Assembly: GCF_009914755.1 (NCBI RefSeq)
Contig: NC_060940.1
Reading direction: 5' to 3' (one strand)
From: the human T2T-CHM13v2.0 reference genome, Homo sapiens
DNA: 64,000 bases
Shown: positions 54,200 to 64,000 of the stretch, one piece after another
Numbering within the stretch: position 1 is the stretch's first letter
Layout: each line of letters starts with the position of its first letter
The notes under the pieces: generated by a model
The model's input: the letters and a program-made list of their open reading frames with translations, nothing else
Database searches by the model: none
What the model was told of the DNA's origin: nothing
Program-made: the position numbers and the translations under genes

Positions 54200-54670
54200 T
54201 CTCCACCTGATACTTTGTCTTCGATGGAACGCTTTGCTTTATCATTAAAAAAAAATTATAATGCCTCACTTAGGGCTGCAAACAGTGTTGATGTATTCAA
54301 TAGCGCATTAGAGAAAACGTCGAAGCAGATTTGTAGAAGGTGCCCATCCTATGGGCAACCCCAAAAAGCAATTTATTACCCCCCCCCAAAATATACATTG
54401 TCATGTGGAGCGGAAGGATTAAATATTTATGTCTGTTGGCTGGGGTAATAAAATTGTATTCAATTGTGTCTCAGGCACTACCTAATGATTGTTGAAAACT
54501 CGGTAATAACACCGAAACTCATAAAAAATACAGGATAAACAATGCTGGAAGAAAATTATGGGAAAATAGCCTCTGGCCTGTGGAAATGCGACTTTATTTT
54601 GAAATAATTTGAAATAAGAGTGTATGCATTAAAAAAAAGTGAGTTTATATAACCGCAATCTAATCTCTAG
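54200..54670. promoter_or_regulatory. Candidate enhancer with posterior-HOX/CDX-type motifs
   Basis: TTTATTAC 54372-54379 and GTAATAAAA 54445-54453 (inverted pair), GGATTA, CTAATGATTG; repeat-free. Confidence 0.45.
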
Positions 54671-54864
54671 AAACTTTTCTTTATGGTTTTGTTCTTTGTC
54701 AAGTTAAAAACAAGGGGTACATCAGTAGTGTTTCCAGTAAATCCTGATAGGTTTGGATTTCCTTGAGGACAGGAACAGCGTTTTCTTCATCTCTGAACTC
54801 TTGGGACTTAAAAAGAGCCTAGTTCAGAGCAGACTGGGTGCTCCATAAATATTTGCAGAACTAT

Positions 54865-55161
54865 TTTTTTTTTTTTTTTGAGACAGAGTCTTGCTCTGTT
54901 GCTGAGGCTGGAGTACAGTGGTGAAATTTCAGCTCACTGCAACCTCTACCTCCTGGGTTCAAGCAATTCTCCTGCCTCAGCCTCCTGAGTAGCTGAGATT
55001 ACAGGCACCTGCCACCCCACCTGGTTAATTTTTTGTATTTTTAGTAGAGATGGGGTTTCACCATGTTGGCCAGGCTGGTCTTGAACTCCTGACCTTAAGT
55101 GATCAGCCCACCTCAGCTTCCCAAAGTGCTAGGATTACAGGCATGAGCCACCGCACCCAGC
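54865..55161 (-). mobile_element. AluS-type element
   Basis: TSD ttgcagaacta. Confidence 0.96.
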
Positions 55162-55221
55162 TTGCAGAACTAAATTTAAAACATAATAATTGTTTATGAT
55201 CTCCATGTCATCTCCGTATTC

Positions 55222-55420
55222 CAAGGATTCTCAACCAGAGTGATTTTTGTTCCCCAGTAGGCATTTCACAATATCTGTAGACATTTCTGTGTTTTACAAC
55301 TTGGCAGGGGAGTATGTCCTCCTGGCATCTGTAGGGCAGGGGCCAGGGATGTTGTTAAATATCCTACAGTGCGCAGGATGGCCCCCGAAGCAAAGCGTTT
55401 GTAGTGCTGACAGTGAGAGT
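55222..55420. mobile_element. MER20 (hAT-Charlie)
   Basis: ttctcaaccagagtgatttttg...ctggcatctgtagggcaggggccagggatgttgttaaatatcctacagtgcgcaggatggcccc. Confidence 0.85.
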
Positions 55421-55518
55421 CATCTTTACCGATGTGCCTCCTTCAGTATTCCCAGTGCCCAGAGCTTCACTCAGAGAAACAGTGTATCGAGCTGTCCTTG
55501 AGAGAATGGCGGTATCCA

Positions 55519-56292
<774 letters not shown>

Positions 56293-56849
56293 AATCTACT
56301 TCTCTGCATCCCTACATCCGTGCAGTTCAGATTATTACCTCTGCTCAGCATTGTGTTGCCTGAGATCTGGCATTTCATCTTCTCTCCTCCAGCCTTTCGG
56401 GTGTCCTCTCCTGCGGCTCTGGGCAGGCCTGCACCCCCAGCCTCTGACCATGGCTTGGGCCTGTCTTGTTCATCCAAGTTACTCTGCCTTTGCACCCTTC
56501 TAACCCCGATGTGTGTCTGTCTGCCTGCCTTCTCTTTCCTCCCAGGAACCTTTGACTTTTCCACTGATACCTCTGGCCTCTGGTGTGACCTCTTCTAGAC
56601 TTTCTCCCCAGCATGCCCAATCCTCTAGGAAGGTATTTCCGGGTTATAGCTGACAACTCACTTATCAGGTTCACCTCCCAAACTACTTTTCAGAGTGCCA
56701 AGCATGTCTTATCCATGTGCCTGGCACAGTGCTGAACCCCCGTGATTTAGGTGGAAATGGTTAATGAATCCTATCCTATTTCTTCCAGAATATGGCCCTC
56801 TAATTATCCATGCAGGGTCCAGTTGGGATGACGAGGGCAGGCTCCAGGG

Positions 56850-57050
56850 TCAGAATGCCTTGTCCTCAATCCTTGTTCACCTCATTGACTCACTGTGCAA
56901 TCTGGGACCAAGTGCTTACTGTCTCTCTGCCCAGTTACCTCATTGATAAATGGAGGTGAGGTTGTGCCAGCCTCACAAGGCTATTATGGGGACTAAATTA
57001 GTTTATATAATAATTTTGAACAATGCTAGGCACATCCTAAGCATTCATGA
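56850..57050 (+). mobile_element. MIR
   Basis: tctctctgcccagttacctcattgataaatggagg...cctcacaaggctattatggggactaaat. Confidence 0.7.
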
Positions 57051-57159
57051 CTGCAGCTGCTAGGATAATTTGGCATAATCTGTGCTTCCCCCCAACACGC
57101 TCTCTCTGGGGGCTCCGTTCTTCTGCTTCTGAACATGCTTAGACTTCCATTTCTGTAGG

Positions 57160-57648
57160 AGGTTCTTATTGTTGCTATAACTAAATGATCACCAATTTAG
57201 GTGTAATTTAAAACAACACAAATGTATTTTCTTGCAGTTCTGGAGGTCAGAAGTCCAAAATGGGTCTTGCTGGAGTAAAATCAAACGTCAACAGTGTTGC
57301 ATTTCTTCTGGAGGTTCTTTGGGAGAATGTAGTTTCCTCCCTTTGCCGGTTTCTAGAGGCCACCCAGATTACATGGCTCATGGCCCTTTTCATCTTCAAA
57401 GCCAGCAGTGTGGCCTTCAGACTCCAGCCCTGGCTTCCAGCATCACATACCTCCTTCTCTGGTCTTACTCTTGTAAGGAACTTTGTGATTACTTTGGGTC
57501 CACCTGGATAATCCTGGCAACTCTTCCATTTCAAGATCCTTTATTACATCTGCCAAGGTTCTTTTGCCAGGCAAGGTGACGTATTCACACCTTTCAGAGA
57601 TTACAATGCAGGCATCTTTGGCATGAAACAAGATTCTGTCTATCACAC
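57160..57648 (-). mobile_element. MLT1D-like MaLR LTR
   Basis: cagttctggaggtcagaagtccaaaatggg...tttctagaggccacc...catcttcaaagccagca...cctggataatcc. Confidence 0.85.
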
Positions 57649-58634
57649 TCTCTAAAGGCGTTCCACCTGTGTGATGGCTTTATCTCCAGCAAACATGCAT
57701 TCATATTCAGGCTCAGCTACCTAGAAGCGAGGGACATGTAATCTCCCCAAGCCTGTTCTCTCTTTTACAAAATCAGACAAAGAAATTATCAAGTGAGGAT
57801 AGAGAAGTCGGAATCCTATGTGCCTAACACGTGGTACATGCATGCTAAGTCGTGGCAGTCACAATGACTGTTGTTGGTTTCACTTTTTTTGGTGTTATTT
57901 TCTCCCGAGTGTGGTTCTTCCCTTATTACCTGCAGCCATCTGTCTTCTGTTGATCTAAAGCAAGGTGTGCAGTTGGGGGTGTCTGCTCGGACCACCCTCG
58001 TGTGACTGAATTTGCCTGCATATCGGTTCCTTTGCTAATTCTGTTCGGGCAGGATTTGCTTTTTTTTGCTTAGCAAACTTCATGAGCCATTTCTGATTTC
58101 CAATATTGCTCCTCAGGCAGATCTCTCTTGAAAGGTGTTGTTTGTTTGGTTTGTTTACCTCTTGTTCATTACTCTTACCTCTACAGGCTACAAGTCTCCT
58201 AGGAAGGGATATTGTGCCTGTACGTCCCACCCTGGACCACGGAAAACCTTGGTAGCGTGCAAAGAGATTGGGCATTCTAGCGGGGCTTTGATGGAACTCT
58301 AGGAAGTAGAAAAAGCAGACTCAAGCAGAAAATGGGAAAAGAGAAATCCTAAGAGGAGTCTCATGAGATGATTACTTCACATTTGCAGTTCAGGCATTTT
58401 CTCCATACTTCCAGAATCATGTAGGGAGTTGGGCACAGAGAATCTTTTTAGGGGCAAAGAAAGTGAGTGTCTTTTCCACTCCCCGTCTCCACACCCATCT
58501 TCCTATTTCCCTTCCACACACACAAAGAGGAGAGCTTTAACTTTATCTCAGGAATTCTGTCCCCAGGTTCAATGCTGGAGTAAAATCAAGGACTTGGCTC
58601 TGTGCCTGAGTGGGTGATTCCCCACTTGTGTTAA

Positions 58635-58845
58635 TCACTCAAACAACCTACATGCTTTTCCTTGTAGTTCTGGAGGTCAGAAGTCCAAAACGGCCCCTAT
58701 TGGGGTAAAATCAAAGCCTCAGCAGGGCTGCATTTCTTCCGGAGGTTTTATGGGAGAAGGCAGTTTCCCATCTTTGTCAGTTTCTAGAGGCCACCTGGAT
58801 TACGAGGCTCATGGCCCTTCTCAGCTTTAAAGCCAGCAGTGTGAC
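58635..58845 (-). mobile_element. Second, partial MLT1D-like copy
   Basis: Collinear with 57205-57415. Confidence 0.8.
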
Positions 58846-59057
58846 TCTAAAGCAACATCATTTCCTAAAGTAGCGGAGAGGAGGCCTGGGAAGATTACAC
58901 AGCAAAACCATCACATCCTACGTCTGAGAATGAGAAGGTTGTTTCCTTTTCAGTTGACTGGTATATCTAAGCTTATATCCAGAAGAATGCCTCCATTTCA
59001 TGCTGGTCTTTATACCTTTGCCTTCCTTGCTAATCTCTGTTAGTAAAGAGGAAGGAG

Positions 59058-59355
59058 GGTCAGGTGCAGAGGCTCACACCTGTAATCCCAGCACTTTGGG
59101 AGGCCGAGACAGGCGGATCACTTGAGGTCAGGAGTTTGAGATAAGCCTGGTCAACGTGGTGAAACCCCGTCTCTACCAAAAATACAAAAATTAGCCGAGC
59201 GTGGTGGCAGGCACCTGTAATCCCAGCTACTCGGGAGGCTGAGGCAGGACAATCGCTGGAACCTGGGAGGTGGAAGTTGGAGTGAGCCGATAATCGCACC
59301 ATTGCACTCCAACCTGGGCAACAAGAGTAAAATTGTGTCTCAAAAAAAAAAAAAA
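59058..59355 (+). mobile_element. AluS-type element
   Basis: Both arms, poly-A. Confidence 0.96.
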
Positions 59356-59384
59356 GCAAACTGAAGACTTGAACCTTGGGTAGT

Positions 59385-59820
59385 GCGTTAGTTTCCCAGG
59401 ACTGCTATAACAAAGTTCCACAAACTAGGAGGCTTCGGCAACAGAAATGTTTTGCCTTACACTTGTGGAGGCCAGAAGTCCAAGATCAAGGTGTCAGGAG
59501 GGTTGGTTTCTTCTAAGGGCTGGGAGGAGGAATCTGTTCCATGCCCCTCCCTGTGGTTGCTGGCAACGCATGGTGCTGCTTGGGTTTTAACTCTGTCAGT
59601 GTGATCTCTGCCTTCACCTGCATGTGTTCTCCCTATAAGCATGTCTGTCTCCGTGTCCAAATTTCCCCTTTTTATGATGACATCAGTCATATTGAACTAT
59701 GACCCATAATGACTTAATTTTGTTACCTCTGTAAAGACCCTGCTTCCAAATCACGTCTCACAGATCCTAAGGGGTTGGGCTTCAACATCTTTTGGTGGGA
59801 ACAAAGTTCAATCCATAGCA
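59385..59820 (-). mobile_element. MLT1B/C-like MaLR LTR
   Basis: ttagtttcccaggactgctataacaaagttccacaaactagg...gtgtccaaatttcccctttttatgatgacatcagtcatattg. Confidence 0.87.
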
Positions 59821-60351
59821 GACAGGCAATTCTTTTTACCTGCTATTTAATAACACTTTTATTTGTATTGTGTTTATTTTACCATGCATACCTACAGCAA
59901 ATAATTTTGTTTCCACTTACAGAAGAGATCTATTTTTTCTTCTTTTTCAGTAAATGAATTTACTTTTTAAAAATCTCAGTAAAGTGATTTTAAGAAAAGA
60001 CGTTAACTATATCATAGTACAGGTGGTCTTCAGATGTGGCCAAATATAGAAGACACAGTGTAAGATTTGGGCAATACTTGGTTCACCAATCCTTTGAGGC
60101 TTCGGAGTAGAAAGAACAAGAATAAAGATGTTAAGTAGAGTAAGATGCATTCTTCAAAGATTCCTTTTTGTGGACCATTTCTTTGAGAGAGAAGTTTTCT
60201 TCCTGTGAATAAATGTGCTGTTGCTTTTTTTAGCTCTATCATTTATACTTACTAGTATTTCAGAACTTTACGTTTGAGTTCTATTTTCATGCCATAAAGA
60301 ATGAGGTAAATAATCTGAAACTTAAATTCCCACGTGGAGTAATTTCTCTAA

Positions 60352-60540
60352 TGTGGAGTTTCTCAAACTTGAGGGTACGTCAGAAGCACCTGCTGGCATT
60401 GTTAAAATGAAGGTTGCTGTGCTCAGCCCCAGATTTTCTGACTGAATAGCTCTGGGGTGGAGCTCTGTAATTTACACTTCTAGCAAGTTCCCAGGTGATG
60501 TGGATCTCGGAGTGGGGACGGTACATTTTGCGAACCACGG
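60352..60540. mobile_element. MER5A-like hAT MITE
   Basis: tttctcaaacttgagggtacgtcagaagcacctg...aagttcccaggtgatg...cattttgcgaaccac. Confidence 0.85.
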
Positions 60541-60699
60541 GGCTACTGAAATGAGGTGTCTGTTCTCTGTGAGTAAAGATTTTTCAGGATCCTTTCCAGC
60601 CCTGCGGCTCAGATAGATCAGATTGAAGTATTCTGGGTGGGCTAAGATAACTAAACTAAAGACCTTCTGAGATTTAGGTTTAAATTCTTTTCTCTTTGT

Positions 60700-61055
60700 T
60701 TCTTTTACTTTTTCTTTCTTGCTTTCTTGCTTTCTTTTTGTGTGTGTGTGTGTTATTACTATTTTTTTTTTTGCAAGGTCTCACTGTGTCATCCAGGCTG
60801 GAGTACAGTGGCATGATCATAGCTCACTGTAGCGCCCCAACCTCCTGGGCTCAAGCAAGCCTACTACCTCAGCCTACTGAGTAGCTGGGACAATAGGCAC
60901 ATGCCACCACACGTGCCCGCCTAATTTTTTTTTTTAAGACAGACTTTGTCCCACTGTGTTGCCCAGGCTAGACTCAAACTCCTGAGCTCAAGCGATCCTC
61001 CTGCCTTGACCTCCCAAAGTGCTGGGATTACAGGCATGAGCCACCAAGCCCAGCC
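60700..61055 (-). mobile_element. AluJ-type element with degenerate T-rich tail
   Basis: gatcatagctcactgtagc...ctcctgggctcaagc...aagtgctgggattacaggcatgagccacc. Confidence 0.92.
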
Positions 61056-62727
61056 TAGAGCTCCTTGTTTTTGGTCCTCAGGGGATCTTGGGCAATATCT
61101 CACCTCATCTGGCTGTTACCCAACACTGTGCTTTATATTCTACTTCCTATTTCTGCTGGGTAAGGATGGGCTTCTGATGGGTGGAAAAGAACTTGGAAAG
61201 GGCCCCAGGCAGGAAAACCATTATGGAAGCAACGTCTGTCCACCCACCAGGCCGCTGGGAGGCTGAAGAAGACACGTTTTTTTGTTTTGTTTTGTTTTTT
61301 TGTTTTTCCTGTGGGTTACTTGAAAAACATTTTTTTAAATGCAAAAACAGGGTATCGGAAATTATTATCTGTCCACCTATTTAACTGTTATAAAGTAGCA
61401 CTTTTAATTCATTTCCATAATTACAGCCTGTGTCATGCTGTTCAAAAGATTCAACTGGGGATAAGGAGAATGGTCCCATTTTAACCCCCTTATGAGCGTG
61501 TTAGCTCAGGCCAAGAGCAGCTGCTGTCTCTTCCGGCAAGCCACGGCATTGTTTGAGAACATCTTTCCTCTCATATCCCCCACCAGACCCTGAGCATGTT
61601 GCCATCGGCCTTCTTCACACCCCCACAACCCTCGGCCCCATCATCTGCAGTGCCCGATGCCCAGCACTGAGCCCAGTGCCTGGTGTTCAGGGTGTCTTTT
61701 GAAGGAGAAGTTATAAGTCGGTAGCATCCCCAAGCTTTTCCCAGAGCAACTCAAGCCCTGAGGCCACCAGATTGTTTGGGCAGCAAGTTGGTCTCCTAGA
61801 AGCCCTTGGTAGACCTGGCTCCTTGCCTAGCTGGGCCAGGCTCTGTCCTCCCCTGCGTACCCTCCTAGCCAAGCGTCTGGGCAGCCAGCGGTTAAGTCCA
61901 CTGTAGGAAGCTATTGAGTCTGAAACACACAGTGACAGCAGGCATGCTAAACTACTTCCCAGCCCTGCATGTGGCGTAATTGTATTTTCAGGGAGGGCCA
62001 ATCTATTAGCAAGGTGCCAGTCTCAACTGTGTAACTTTTATAAAGCAAACACTAAAGGCCTCTTGGGGTGAAGGATATTATAATTATGGATGATTTATAC
62101 TCCCTAGCTCATGTATACATTGCACTTGATGAGAATGTTCTACTTGACGTAGCCAGAAACATTAAGCAAAAAATAGTGTTGCATTCTGGGTTAGAAACCC
62201 ATCTTTTGTTTTATGTCTAATCTATCCAGTGCTAAAACATTTGGAATGATACCTCTGCATGCTGCTGTGAAGGAAATACGAACATAATGAGTGCATTTCT
62301 GATTTCAGACCAGATCATCATTTCCTTCTAAAATACCTCACTGAGTTTAGCATATTTATTCCTTGGTGGAATGTTTGCTGTGTATTGCAGTACGAAAGCA
62401 AAAGAAAATAATCATTATAATTATAATTTCCGGGCTAGGAGGGACCTTAGTGATATATCTAGTCCGGGGTGTCCGGGCTTAAATTACAGGGTCGGCTGAT
62501 AAGTATTCTACTTTTTATGATTCAGAATCTACAAGTTAAAAGAGGAAGAGAGAAGAGAAAAGACAGTAGTAAAGGAGGTACTTTTGCATTAATAAGAACA
62601 CAGACCTAGGTGTCTCACCTCCACCTCCTACCTGAGCCACCTTTGATAAGTGAGAATCTCTCTGGACATCAGTTTTCAGCTCCAGAAGAAAACAAAAAGA
62701 AAAAAAAAAACCCAAAACAGGGATCAA

Positions 62728-63031
62728 GGCCAGGAGCAGTGGCTCACGCCTGTAATCGCAGCACTTTGGGAGGCTGAGGCAGGAGGATTGCTTGAGGCCA
62801 CGAGTTCAAGATCAGCCTGGCCAACATCGCAAGATCCCATCTGTACCAATAAGCTGAAAATTAACCTGGCATGGTGGTGTGCACCTGTAGTCCCAGCTAC
62901 TTTGAAGGCTGAAGCAAGGAGGCAGAAACAAGAAGATCGCTGAAGCCCAGGAGTTCAAGGCTGCACTGAGCCAAGATCGCAACATTGTGTTCCAAGCTGG
63001 GCAACAGAGCAAGACCCTCTCAAAAACAAAA
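62728..63031 (+). mobile_element. AluJ-type element
   Basis: ggaggattgcttgaggcc...gagttcaaggctgcactgagc. Confidence 0.93.
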
Positions 63032-63159
63032 CACAGATGGATAGGTTTGAGACAGCCCTCACTCACATAACTTTTAGAGAAGTAAATCGGATAGTGCATG
63101 CGTACTATTATTATTACAGCACTATTGCCAGGCAGCAAGCAGGCCCAGGGTGGTGTAAG

Positions 63160-63305
63160 TCGGCTTTGCTCATCCATAGATGAAGGATGCAGAACATTCC
63201 TCAGTTGACTAATGTGTGAACTGCACACTGAGAACTGGCCTGCGGTCCTCCAGCTAATTAGTGGCGGAGCCATGCTCTCCAGACTCGGGGTCAAGGCACT
63301 GGGGC
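63160..63305 (-). mobile_element. MIR
   Basis: catagatgaagga...cagctaattagtggcggagcc. Confidence 0.5.
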
Positions 63306-63652
63306 TGAGCTGCTGCTTTCCCCAGGCTCCCGGAGACCCACTCCCTTGTTCTCCTAGCAGCTGGATGAAGCCTGTGGTCCTCAACATTTCTACTAATTCC
63401 CTCAAAGAAGGGCCTGGGATTGTTTCCATTCTGTGTGTTGCGGACTAGGGAGCTAACTGCGGTTCCTTTCTGCAGGGAGGAAGCTTGCTCTACAGATTAG
63501 AAAGGAAACACGCAGCTTCCCAAGCATGTCACTTCTGAACTGTTTAATAAATCCACGTAGCCCGTTTTCTTATTTCCTTGATAACTTTTCAAAAATTATT
63601 CCTTAAACAAATGACTTCCTACTATAGCCTAAATCTAAAATCTAAACAATAA

Positions 63653-63985
<333 letters not shown>

Positions 63986-64000
63986 TTCATTCCTTTTTAT

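Noticed and set aside
62812-63429. Longest ORF (205 aa, - strand)
   Set aside because: Runs through a MIR and an antisense Alu; no recognisable domain or splice structure

Overview
Primate (almost certainly human) non-coding genomic DNA, most likely a large intron or gene desert. It contains about 32 Alu copies (~14% of the window), many MIR, L2, MaLR (MLT1) and MER5A/MER20 fragments, three old L1 3' ends, several microsatellites and a 31-bp minisatellite. No protein-coding exon can be supported; the supplied ORFs are explained by Alu, simple-repeat or chance reading frames. I could not identify the locus from sequence alone. The most distinctive object is a full-length U6 snRNA copy fused directly to an L1PB-type 3' end (U6-L1 chimeric retrocopy, 22067-~23107). 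It is inserted into a MIR with a degenerate target-site duplication, was later interrupted by an Alu, and carries an internal double inverted micro-duplication. Several repeat-free blocks are dense in homeodomain, PBX-MEIS, octamer and posterior-HOX motifs and look like developmental enhancers. Two tandem repeats carry clusters of the RBFOX motif TGCATG on the + strand. I found no convincing new multi-gene system. Repeat subfamily calls are by eye from recalled consensus sequences and their boundaries are approximate.
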